A stretch of DNA of 59,969 nucleotides from a virus (taxonomy: Duplodnaviria > Caudoviricetes), in IMG/VR virus record IMGVR_UViG_3300032330_001114, positions 1-59,969 of that record; one strand, given 5' to 3'. Positions 38,848 to 46,763 of the stretch are shown one piece after another; position 1 is the first letter of the stretch, and every line of letters starts with the position of its first letter. A program made the translations under genes and the position numbers. Below the pieces are notes generated by a model. That model was not told the DNA's origin and searched no databases. It saw nothing but the letters and a program-made list of their open reading frames with translations.

Positions 38848-40968
38848 TTAATATAAAAATAGTCCATAGTTATTACCGCTATTAGTAAATCCACTTGTAG
38901 CTTGCGTTGACGGTAAAGAAGTTCCAACAAGTAATGGTGAAAATCTATTTGAATTTGTCATATCAACTAATGAAAATACACCAAACCCTATCGATGAAAC
39001 GCCTATACCTATATTCGCATGCGTTCCTGCTCCTGTAGTATTATAACATAAGGCAACATAATAAACACCTGCCGCTGCTGAATAAGGAGTAGTAAATGCT
39101 TTACTTTTCCAAGTGTTTGCTCCTGTTGTAAATACGGTAGAATCATCAGTTGATGATGCAACAAGCGTCAATGTACCTCCTGATACGCTATATAGTCCAA
39201 AACCATTATAAGTTGCAGCAGTAAAAGTAGAAACTATTGATTGCCACCATCTCATGCCTGTTACTGTAACTGCAGTTGGCAAATAGTATGCAGAAAGAAT
39301 AATATTTCCGGGAGTTAAAGAAACAACACCATTTATATCCTTTGGTTGATAAACAGCTAATGAAGCACCTTTTATTGTACTACCTAAAGCTTGGTACCCT
39401 AGCCTAACAGGATCATTAGACAATTTGTTATTAAAAGTTGTCCAATCTGTAGTAGACAATGCTCCTCTATTTGCTGCAGATGCTGTAGGAACATTTAAAG
39501 TAATTATAGGAGTAGTTGTTCCTGTAGCTACAGTAGAAGATAAATCTGTCCCACTCGTTCCTAATGTTAATGCTGCTACTGACGTAACTGTTCCTGCAGG
39601 AATCGTTGCGACACCTAGTTTGCCTGTACTATCTGCAGTAACCATTCTTGTACTACCTCCTGATAAATTTCCATGTATTATATCTCCTGATGTATTCTCA
39701 TAAGCTATATGAGTAGTGTTAACCAAAGAAGTCAATGTAGGATTGTAATACGTACCTCTTATTTTAGTTCCTGTATTTGCAGCATTGGTTATATTTATTT
39801 TTGGATTTATTAGCAAGGTATTCCCATCATAATTACTACTATTAGGGTCTTGCCAACCAAGATTAATATTTAAAATTGAAGAGTTAGCTTGATAAAAAGC
39901 TCTTGTTTGGTCAAATCCATCTCTTCTAACAAATGCCCATTTGTGTTGTGCACCGCCTTGCTCATCCTCTTTTAAATAAGTATAATTACCATTGCCAAAT
40001 TTTCTCCAAAATCCAAGTGTATTTGGTAGTGTTGCAGATAGTGTATTTATATCAAATTGAGAAGACCCTGCGGCCCCTGCATAAAAATCTCCTTGGGCAC
40101 CAAGCAATCCTGTAAATCTTCCTGTACCACTAATATCTAATTTGAATGAAGGAGATGCAGTACCAATGCCTACATTTGTTCCATTGTCAAATATCTGAGA
40201 ATCTGTAAGAGCAGATGATGAACTCCATTTAGATATATAGTTTGTGGTACCTGCTCCTGTTACATCTCCACCGCCACTTGATACTGTAATATTCCCTGAC
40301 GAATCAGCAAAGTTTCCATTTACTGATATAGGAATAAATCCTCCATTTGTTGGAAGTATAAAAGACTGATTATTGTAATTATTTGGTATTATGTCAACAT
40401 AGTTAGCACCAAGCGTATATCTTATCTTATTTGCTGAATAATCTGCCTTGTAAACAGTACTTTCAAGGTGCAGATTATTAATTGCCCAAGATGAATTAGT
40501 AGATAGCGTATTGCTATGCAAATACATAGCAGGTTCTCCATAAATCTTCTCCACATCTATCCTTGCATAGCCATTTATAGTGTCCAAGTTTATGTTCCTG
40601 ATACCTGTATTGCCAATATTTAAAACACTTGCTAAGTCTTGACTACCTACAACATAACCCCAAGTAGCAGGAGAACCCGTACCTGTACTCAAAAGAGCTT
40701 GTCCGGGTAAGCCTGCCGTTCCATCAGCTATAAAAATTCCACTTATTGTTATATCTGTTGCAAATAAATTAAAGTCACCTAAGTTAACATTGTCATTTGC
40801 TCCAACATACGGAACAAGAAAATCATTGCCTATAGATGCTGCAAAAAAACCGACTAAGTCGCCCATCCTATAATTTTTCGTCTGTAAGTCATTATTAGCA
40901 TCACTACCAATAACCTTATCATCGTCAACTATAGTTCCGTCAATGACGTATGTACTTATCTTAGCCAA
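38848..40968 (-). CDS. Tail fibre protein
   Basis: 706 aa G/S/T-rich; GTTNYISKW..DSQIFDNGTNVGIGT and GTVTSV..GALSTTDWTTFNNK repeats. Confidence 0.8.
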   Translation of the reverse strand: MAKISTYVIDGTIVDDDKVIGSDANNDLQTKNYRMGDLVGFFAASIGNDFLVPYVGANDNVNLGDFNLFATDITISGIFIADGTAGLPGQALLSTGTGSPATWGYVVGSQDLASVLNIGNTGIRNINLDTINGYARIDVEKIYGEPAMYLHSNTLSTNSSWAINNLHLESTVYKADYSANKIRYTLGANYVDIIPNNYNNQSFILPTNGGFIPISVNGNFADSSGNITVSSGGGDVTGAGTTNYISKWSSSSALTDSQIFDNGTNVGIGTASPSFKLDISGTGRFTGLLGAQGDFYAGAAGSSQFDINTLSATLPNTLGFWRKFGNGNYTYLKEDEQGGAQHKWAFVRRDGFDQTRAFYQANSSILNINLGWQDPNSSNYDGNTLLINPKINITNAANTGTKIRGTYYNPTLTSLVNTTHIAYENTSGDIIHGNLSGGSTRMVTADSTGKLGVATIPAGTVTSVAALTLGTSGTDLSSTVATGTTTPIITLNVPTASAANRGALSTTDWTTFNNKLSNDPVRLGYQALGSTIKGASLAVYQPKDINGVVSLTPGNIILSAYYLPTAVTVTGMRWWQSIVSTFTAATYNGFGLYSVSGGTLTLVASSTDDSTVFTTGANTWKSKAFTTPYSAAAGVYYVALCYNTTGAGTHANIGIGVSSIGFGVFSLVDMTNSNRFSPLLVGTSLPSTQATSGFTNSGNNYGLFLY

Positions 40969-40978
40969 TTATTTAAAT

Positions 40979-41320
40979 TTAATTTAGTGTCAAAAGATAT
41001 AAAATTTCATCAACCAATCCAAGCATCTCATCGATGATGTTCTGAAGCTCAGAAGGATAATTATTCCTTTCTGTTTCCATTATAGACATTAACTCTCTTA
41101 AATGAGAAACAGCATCCATATTTTTTGATTCAGGAATAATAAGTTCAACTCTTTTATTTTTACCAAAATATTTTTCAGTAAATGAGTCAGTCAACTCAAG
41201 TATGCCATCATAATACTGATTTAATGCTTTATGCTCAGCAAAAGATGTTGTTTGGAGATGCGCTATATGCATCATGTCTCTTGATTGGAACAATGTTCCG
41301 ATGAATTTTCCCGGTGTCAT
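40979..41320 (-). CDS. Ferritin/Dps-like four-helix protein (DUF5856-like)
   Basis: HIAHLQTTSFAEHKALNQYYD..D.F.E.Y.G..LQNIIDEM..YLLTL. Confidence 0.75.
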   Translation of the reverse strand: MTPGKFIGTLFQSRDMMHIAHLQTTSFAEHKALNQYYDGILELTDSFTEKYFGKNKRVELIIPESKNMDAVSHLRELMSIMETERNNYPSELQNIIDEMLGLVDEILYLLTLN

Positions 41321-41321
41321 A

Positions 41322-41558
41322 TTAATTTTGTTTTTTAGTTACTTCTCCTGTTTGCATGTTAATTACTGAATCTGCGCCATATTTTTCAATCAACATCTTC
41401 TCGTGCTGACCAAATACGGTTTTTAATTCATCAATGTGCTTTAGTAAACCTTGCTTTTGTAACTCAATATCTCCAAGACCCATTTTTGCTTTTGCAAAGT
41501 CTGAGTTCATTGTTTGAATTAGAGTTAATTCTTCTTGAGTAATAAATACTGTTTCCAT
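41322..41558 (-). CDS. Hypothetical coiled-coil protein
   Basis: LGDIELQK...LIEKYG..INMQTGE. Confidence 0.7.
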   Translation of the reverse strand: METVFITQEELTLIQTMNSDFAKAKMGLGDIELQKQGLLKHIDELKTVFGQHEKMLIEKYGADSVINMQTGEVTKKQN

Positions 41559-41584
41559 TTAATTAAATTTTTTGGTTATGGAAA

Positions 41585-41592
41585 CAAAGATA
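41585..41592 (-). promoter_or_regulatory. Bacteroidota -7 element TATCTTTG
   Basis: Intergenic, upstream of 41558. Confidence 0.6.
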
Positions 41593-41596
41593 ATAT

Positions 41597-42064
41597 TTAT
41601 TGATGAATATTTCTTTTAATGGAGCTTCCGAAATAATAACCAAAAATAGATAACACAACGCCTTCTGAAATTCCAATAAGATGTATCCATATCTCTTTAT
41701 TTTGGTCAGGTATTTGTAGGTATACAATTGCGTAGACTATAAAACAAAAAACTGATAAGCCTATTATGCCTGTCAGATAAAATAAAAAATCAAACCTATG
41801 AACTTTAGCTATTTCAATTTCTCTGTTACGAGCGGACTCTCTATCCTGAACCTCAAGTGCAAAAACTTCTTTAAGATGGTCAAGGGCAATGGCTTTGTCT
41901 TCGGGGGACAATTCGTCTGATGACGAGATGAGATTTTTAACGATACCTAAAACTCCCTTGTCAGGGAGTACATCACCTACGGTATCTAATATTTTAGGCG
42001 CTTTATCATTTAAGAATTTACCAACCTTGGTGTCTTTAAACTTCTTTCTTTCTTTATCTTCCAT
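41597..42064 (-). CDS. Holin-like membrane protein
   Basis: DRESARNRE then two TM helices ending YYFGSS; follows endolysin. Confidence 0.7.
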   Translation of the reverse strand: MEDKERKKFKDTKVGKFLNDKAPKILDTVGDVLPDKGVLGIVKNLISSSDELSPEDKAIALDHLKEVFALEVQDRESARNREIEIAKVHRFDFLFYLTGIIGLSVFCFIVYAIVYLQIPDQNKEIWIHLIGISEGVVLSIFGYYFGSSIKRNIHQ

Positions 42065-42066
42065 TA

Positions 42067-42528
42067 CTATTTTATTTCAAAATGCATCCAATCATAATTC
42101 TTTTCAACACCTAATGAAATGAATCCGTGCTTATAAAAAATGTCGATCATTGGCTTGTATTCAGGACGAGCAAACCTTGCTGTCCTGTTTGTTTCTTTAA
42201 GTGTGTTTCTTGCGGGGTCTAAATCAATTGCTATGCCCCATGCATGCATTGACCATGCAGTGCCATTTCTCATTCTCCTATAATTGAAGCAACCGCCAAA
42301 TAAATCAATGCCCAATTCTTTAATCTTGTTGTATCCATACTCAACCATCAATTCGTTGAATACAGATGTTAACCTATCTGCTATCAACTTGTGACACATA
42401 ATTGTCGTAACAGTGGTGTCAGTATCCCATGCAATGCGCATAGGGTATGGTAATGTTATTTTTGTCAAGTAACCTAATCCTGTATCATTAGGAGTGCCAT
42501 ATTTTTTAATTGCAGATTGTGTTGTCAT
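42067..42528 (-). CDS. Endolysin, M15-family (L-Ala-D-Glu) peptidase
   Basis: [20 protein letters not shown]...DWMHFE. Confidence 0.9.
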   Translation of the reverse strand: MTTQSAIKKYGTPNDTGLGYLTKITLPYPMRIAWDTDTTVTTIMCHKLIADRLTSVFNELMVEYGYNKIKELGIDLFGGCFNYRRMRNGTAWSMHAWGIAIDLDPARNTLKETNRTARFARPEYKPMIDIFYKHGFISLGVEKNYDWMHFEIK

Positions 42529-42552
42529 CTTCCTTATTCTTTATATGGCTTT

Positions 42553-42843
42553 TTATTTAGTTAGGAACTCAACAATAATTTTTAAAGCACCAATTCCTAT
42601 TAATGTCATTGTAGCGTAAAAATAAGCTTTGTATTTTTTTAATTGGTCTTTGATATCGTCCAACTCAGATTTCATTTCTTTAAAGTCGCTAATTAAACCT
42701 CCTGATGTCTTATCAATAGGATTGCCTGTAAGTAAAGTATGTATATCCTTTAACATAACTTTCATTTCAGAAACCTCTCCTTTTATTCCCTCTAATTCTT
42801 GTGCCATAGAATCAAGTCTGATATTTTCAGTATCGGTGCTCAT
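42553..42843 (-). CDS. Coiled-coil protein with C-terminal TM helix (lysis-associated)
   Basis: Coiled coil plus hydrophobic C-terminus upstream of endolysin. Confidence 0.6.
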   Translation of the reverse strand: MSTDTENIRLDSMAQELEGIKGEVSEMKVMLKDIHTLLTGNPIDKTSGGLISDFKEMKSELDDIKDQLKKYKAYFYATMTLIGIGALKIIVEFLTK

Positions 42844-42858
42844 TTTTATTTTTTTATT

Positions 42859-43347
42859 TTACCAAAGTGCATTAACTAATGTTGCTGTTGTACTTGTAGA
42901 CCTAAGTCTTTTTACTTGAATAGGAAGTGTTGTTCCTGCAGGTACACCTGCAAAAGTAAGTTGATCTCCTCCTATTGTTATTACAGATACATTCCCTGTT
43001 CCACCTACATACAAAAAGCAACCTGTATTTCCCAATCCTGCTTGTGCAGACATAGAGTAAATGGTATAAGTTTGTGCTGTTGTTGTAAATATATCAGCGT
43101 TCAACGTCAACTGAGTTGCGCTGTCTACACTAACTACAGTTGCAGCCGTACTACCTGTGTCATTATGCACAACATCTCCCGGATAAACAGGATTTGTTAA
43201 AAAGTTTGCAGCAGAATTTATTAGCTTAAGCGCTGTTGCAGTGGTATTTGTTCCTGATGAATTAACTGCTCCCGGAAATGCAACGTCAGCATTATCTGAA
43301 GGATGCGCTCTTAACGCTCTCGAGAAGGTTGTTTTAAATACAGACAT
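42859..43347 (-). CDS. Probable virion structural/decoration protein
   Basis: LYVGGTGNVSV..LTFAGVPAGTTLPIQVKR..TTAT.VNALW. Confidence 0.65.
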   Translation of the reverse strand: MSVFKTTFSRALRAHPSDNADVAFPGAVNSSGTNTTATALKLINSAANFLTNPVYPGDVVHNDTGSTAATVVSVDSATQLTLNADIFTTTAQTYTIYSMSAQAGLGNTGCFLYVGGTGNVSVITIGGDQLTFAGVPAGTTLPIQVKRLRSTSTTATLVNALW

Positions 43348-43350
43348 GGT

Positions 43351-43533
43351 TTATTTTTTTTCGTTGTTATTATAAGGAAATGCTTTGTTCATTTTCTTTC
43401 TTCTTTCTTCGCATCCACAGTCATCTTTGCCTACGGCCTTTGCTACTGCGTGTACTACTTTCTTGATTCCTGTTGCTGTTGTAATCTTGTCGATTGTATC
43501 TCCAAGACCTCTGCTTTTTTTATTTGATTCCAT
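43351..43533 (-). CDS. Conserved small phage protein
   Basis: SRGLGDTIDKITTATGIK..DCGCEERR..N. Confidence 0.75.
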   Translation of the reverse strand: MESNKKSRGLGDTIDKITTATGIKKVVHAVAKAVGKDDCGCEERRKKMNKAFPYNNNEKK

Positions 43534-43539
43534 TTGATT

Positions 43540-43692
43540 TTATTTTTTCTTTTTACCGGCTACTGCCATCTTAGTAAATTGTTCTTTGCCATATTTCTTA
43601 CGGCCTATGTATGCAGCAAGAGCATTCGCTCCTTCTTTGCTTACACCTTTTTTCTTGTCTAACTTAGACGCTAACTGTGTGAACTTGCTCAT
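43540..43692 (-). CDS. Small basic protein (50 aa, not in ORF track)
   Basis: MSKFTQLASKL..ALAAYIGRKKYGKEQFTKMAVAGKKKK; fills the gap exactly. Confidence 0.75.
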   Translation of the reverse strand: MSKFTQLASKLDKKKGVSKEGANALAAYIGRKKYGKEQFTKMAVAGKKKK

Positions 43693-43694
43693 GA

Positions 43695-43856
43695 TTATCT
43701 ATTTTTAATTAGTGACCAAATAGATCCTATTGCTGTTATTGCAATACCAATAGTCTCATTGATTACTTCTTCACTTGATACTCCTTTGATGATAAGTATA
43801 CCACCAATAAAAGTCAATGTGTGTCTGATTATTCCTAATACTTGTTCTTTGTTCAT
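43695..43856 (-). CDS. Small two-TM membrane protein, putative holin
   Basis: MNKEQVLGIIRHTLTFIGGILI..G..IG..WS; start at 43856. Confidence 0.7.
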   Translation of the reverse strand: MNKEQVLGIIRHTLTFIGGILIIKGVSSEEVINETIGIAITAIGSIWSLIKNR

Positions 43857-43860
43857 AGTT

Positions 43861-44151
43861 TTAATATTTACCTTTTCTTCCTTTCGGATTAGATGTTGTT
43901 GAACCTCCCGGACCTGCCCAAAGATTTTTGCATGCCCAATACCTTGCAGATAATTTGTCATTAGCTGTGTCACAACTATGCCTTGCCTTGAAACTCTTAC
44001 GAGCCGCAGCAGAATAGTTGTTGCCATAACCGGTTGCACCAAAATGAATAAGTTTCTCCTGACCATTGGCGCAGGCCTTAACCATCTTTTTCTTTCCCGG
44101 CCTATCAGATGCGACAGGCCGGTTGCAACTCATTTTTGACTTATCTGCCAT
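43861..44151 (-). CDS. Conserved basic phage protein
   Basis: KKMVKAC..KLIHFG..GY..ARKSFKARH.C..SARYWACK.LW. Confidence 0.8.
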   Translation of the reverse strand: MADKSKMSCNRPVASDRPGKKKMVKACANGQEKLIHFGATGYGNNYSAAARKSFKARHSCDTANDKLSARYWACKNLWAGPGGSTTSNPKGRKGKY

Positions 44152-44300
44152 TATCCTTCATTTACAGGTGTAGTAAAATCTCTGCTTGGATGACCTTGTA
44201 ATTTAGGATCAACTTCTTGAGTTGTTTCCTCAACTACAGGAGCAGCAGTCGGTTGTGTTACTTGCTCTTCAGTTGTTTCAAGTGCTGTTTTTTTTGCCAT
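44151..44300 (-). CDS. Small acidic protein (49 aa, not in ORF track)
   Basis: MAKKTALETTEEQ..GHPSRDFTTPVNEG; TAATG-coupled to next gene. Confidence 0.7.
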   Translation of the reverse strand: MAKKTALETTEEQVTQPTAAPVVEETTQEVDPKLQGHPSRDFTTPVNEG

Positions 44301-44306
44301 TGTTGT

Positions 44307-44573
44307 TTATTTTAAAGTTGCTTTATTTGTAATCTTGTTGTAATTGTAATCAGATGCTTTATGCTTTGATGATTTTACCGCACGAGCTACCGCCCTTTCA
44401 GAAGCAGTCATTGCATTTTTCTTAGCACCCTGAGATGTGAAAGTCTTTCCATCAAGTTTTAAGTCTCCGCGATTTATTAAGAGACCTACTGCCATTGAGC
44501 GAGAACCAACTTGAGAAGCAAGTCTGTTTATCAGTTGGTTCCTGCCCATGTATTTCTGACTCTCAAATTTCAT
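44307..44573 (-). CDS. Small basic hypothetical protein
   Basis: 88-aa ORF in operon. Confidence 0.75.
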   Translation of the reverse strand: MKFESQKYMGRNQLINRLASQVGSRSMAVGLLINRGDLKLDGKTFTSQGAKKNAMTASERAVARAVKSSKHKASDYNYNKITNKATLK

Positions 44574-44770
44574 TAATACATTTTTTTAGCCATGCTTTTA
44601 CCTTTGGCATCTTTTACCATTTTCTTTGCTACGCCGCCTGCTTTCACAGCCATGCTTGATTTGCCTTTCATACCTTTTGTTTCTTTGATTTTAGAAGCCA
44701 TTGCGCCGCCGCCACCGCTTGGCATTTGCATTCTTGAAGATGCAGGTAAACTTGGTGTTGCTTTTTTCAT
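44573..44770 (-). CDS. Small K/M/G-rich basic protein
   Basis: 65 aa, low complexity, coupled to next gene. Confidence 0.7.
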   Translation of the reverse strand: MKKATPSLPASSRMQMPSGGGGAMASKIKETKGMKGKSSMAVKAGGVAKKMVKDAKGKSMAKKMY

Positions 44771-44794
44771 TTTTTTATTTTTAATTGTTAGTGA

Positions 44795-45022
44795 TTAATT
44801 GTATCCTGAAAAACCCATTCCTGACCCTTGACCCGGACATCCTCTTCTTCCACAACGAGGACTTCTAAATGAGTGCCTAACCTCTCTGTTAGTTTGTCTT
44901 TGCGCTTTTCTTTCTTCTCTTTTCTCCTTGTTACCGAGACCAAGAAATGATGGACTTGAAGAAACTGCACTTAATTCTGGAGTTGCTGATAATGGATAAT
45001 CGCGTCCTGATAATTTTGGCAT
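44795..45022 (-). CDS. Small basic protein with GRDYPLSATP motif
   Basis: Motif shared with three neighbours. Confidence 0.7.
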   Translation of the reverse strand: MPKLSGRDYPLSATPELSAVSSSPSFLGLGNKEKREERKAQRQTNREVRHSFRSPRCGRRGCPGQGSGMGFSGYN

Positions 45023-45037
45023 AGTTTTAATTTTTAA

Positions 45038-45373
45038 TTATGATTTTTTAGATTTAGTAATTCTATCTACATATCCTTTTGAAACTTTACGATAAGTTTC
45101 TTTTCCGCCATGAAGTGTTGCTTTTTGAGTAAATTCTTTTTTACCTGAAGACAATCCGAATGTGTCCGTAGATAACTTTTGCAACATCTGTGTTTTATTT
45201 TTATTTTGCCATTCAACTTTTGGAGCTGAATTGCTATAGTCTTTTTTCAATGCTTCCTTAGATGCATTTCTTTCTGCAGATTTTTTTTCTCTACTACTCA
45301 TTGGAGTAGGAATAGAATCAAATGCAGGTGTTGTTGACAATGGATAGTCGCGTCCAATAGTTTTATCTTTCAT
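45038..45373 (-). CDS. Small basic protein with GRDYPLSTTP motif
   Basis: Motif shared with neighbours. Confidence 0.75.
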   Translation of the reverse strand: MKDKTIGRDYPLSTTPAFDSIPTPMSSREKKSAERNASKEALKKDYSNSAPKVEWQNKNKTQMLQKLSTDTFGLSSGKKEFTQKATLHGGKETYRKVSKGYVDRITKSKKS

Positions 45374-45375
45374 AA

Positions 45376-45573
45376 TTAGATTATCATTTTAGGTATAGGT
45401 GTTGCTGCAAGTGGGGTGTCAGGTCTAAAGTTGGTTTTATTAACAAGAGCTCTACCGCCAACCTGTGCAGTATTTGGTATTGCTACCGGCTGCGCACCAC
45501 GATTAACAAGTGCCCTGCCATCAGGGTTTGTAGTTTTCTGAACTCCGCCTTTATTTACTAATGCACGTCCCAT
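45376..45573 (-). CDS. Small protein with 3x GRALVN[KR] and RPDTPLAATP motif
   Basis: Internal repeats conserved at protein level with synonymous differences. Confidence 0.75.
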   Translation of the reverse strand: MGRALVNKGGVQKTTNPDGRALVNRGAQPVAIPNTAQVGGRALVNKTNFRPDTPLAATPIPKMII

Positions 45574-45575
45574 AA

Positions 45576-45788
45576 TTAATTGTTTTTAACAATTGGTTTT
45601 TTTACATAAGTATTATCAATTGCTGCAGGAGTAGGAGTTGCAGCCAAAGGAGTGTCAGGCCTATTGATTCTGCTTCTTGATTGCTTTTGAAGCATTGTCG
45701 GACGAACCTTATTTGCTAACTCTACAGCTTTATTGTATTTGATTGATACTGGAGTATCTGTTGCAATTGGTTTTTTCTTATCAGGCAT
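45576..45788 (-). CDS. Small basic protein with RPDTPLAATP motif
   Basis: ATG at 45788 (MPDKKK) lies downstream of the -7 promoter element. Confidence 0.7.
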   Translation of the reverse strand: MPDKKKPIATDTPVSIKYNKAVELANKVRPTMLQKQSRSRINRPDTPLAATPTPAAIDNTYVKKPIVKNN

Positions 45789-45794
45789 AATTTT

Positions 45795-45815
45795 TATCTT
45801 TACCAAACAAAGATA
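45795..45815. promoter_or_regulatory. Closely spaced opposite-strand -7 elements
   Basis: TATCTTTG on - (45808-45815) and TATCTTTA on + (45795-45802). Confidence 0.5.
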
Positions 45816-45829
45816 ATAAATTTAATTAA

Positions 45830-46282
45830 ATGAAATCACGTAAGAACGACTACATGAAATATTGGAAAATAGTCAGACAATTTATTAAGGCAAAATATAA
45901 ATTAACCCAAGCAGATTTGGATATCCTGCTCTTTTTATACTCAGAAGATTATTTTAGCAAAGACAAATTCAAGGAGTTTAACAACCTATTGAGTTGGGAC
46001 GTAAAGAGATTTAATAGGTTATTCTCAGAAGGATGGATAGAATCTTTTAGAAAAAGAACAGGAAACAGACGCGCATTGTACCATCTGACGTTCAAGGCAA
46101 CTCGAATGATTGACTCAATGTACAAAAAATTAAATGGGGAAGAAATACCTGATACACAGAATGGGAATCCTATGTTCTACAAGAATGTAAAGTATTCAGA
46201 TAAGGTTTACAAAAATATGATTATCAAAATGAATAAGGAGATTAAGGATTCAAGACAACAACAACATCTCTCTCCTGAATAA
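45830..46282 (+). CDS. Winged-helix (MarR-like) DNA-binding protein
   Basis: LTQADLDILLFLY...FNRLFSEGWI..R..R.LYHLT.K; only + strand gene in the late arm. Confidence 0.7.
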   Translation: MKSRKNDYMKYWKIVRQFIKAKYKLTQADLDILLFLYSEDYFSKDKFKEFNNLLSWDVKRFNRLFSEGWIESFRKRTGNRRALYHLTFKATRMIDSMYKKLNGEEIPDTQNGNPMFYKNVKYSDKVYKNMIIKMNKEIKDSRQQQHLSPE

Positions 46283-46505
46283 TGCTGAACTGCTCATCAT
46301 TGATTATCATGGTGTAACCATGAGCCTTGTCGTAGTATATCTCATCGCCTTCGTTGATAACCGTCACGTCAGTACCCGGCTTGTGTACGATGGCTCGCTT
46401 GTATCTCAATTGATTGGTATCTTCTCCTGACAGGATTAACCCTGACTGAGTCTTAACCTCTTCGTCAACATTTTTTACTACTATAAATTTTCCGATTGGT
46501 TTCAT
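46242..46505 (-). CDS. groES: Co-chaperonin GroES (Cpn10)
   Basis: MKPIGKFIVV..EEVKTQSGLIL..G..V..INEGDEIYY..IIQERDVVVV. Confidence 0.9.
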   Translation of the reverse strand: MKPIGKFIVVKNVDEEVKTQSGLILSGEDTNQLRYKRAIVHKPGTDVTVINEGDEIYYDKAHGYTMIINDEQFSIIQERDVVVVLNP

Positions 46506-46508
46506 AAT

Positions 46509-46763
46509 TTAAAATTCAGTGTTTACCCAAATTGGACCTTTCTCTTTGTTGTAGGCAGTCATGACATGCTCTTGGAAATAATCCTCAGCGTCCTCTATTG
46601 GCATGTTGTCAACATAGACCAACACGTCAATACATTTGCCTACTGAATATACAAGACGGCCTGAGTCTAAATCAACTCCAATAACCGCCTCGTTAAACCC
46701 ATTAGCAATCACAAACTCATGCTCAGGGTACGCATTTAAAATTTTACTTAATGTCTGACTCAT
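46509..46763 (-). CDS. Conserved hypothetical phage protein
   Basis: ANGFNEAVIG..RLVYS..KCI..L..EDAEDYF..AY..GPIWV; probable start MSQTLSK. Confidence 0.75.
   Translation of the reverse strand: MSQTLSKILNAYPEHEFVIANGFNEAVIGVDLDSGRLVYSVGKCIDVLVYVDNMPIEDAEDYFQEHVMTAYNKEKGPIWVNTEF

Noticed and set aside
43695-44066. 123-aa version of the holin-like ORF, and the 44788-44970 ORF
   Set aside because: Extensions or alternative frames overlap better-supported genes; the real start is at 43856
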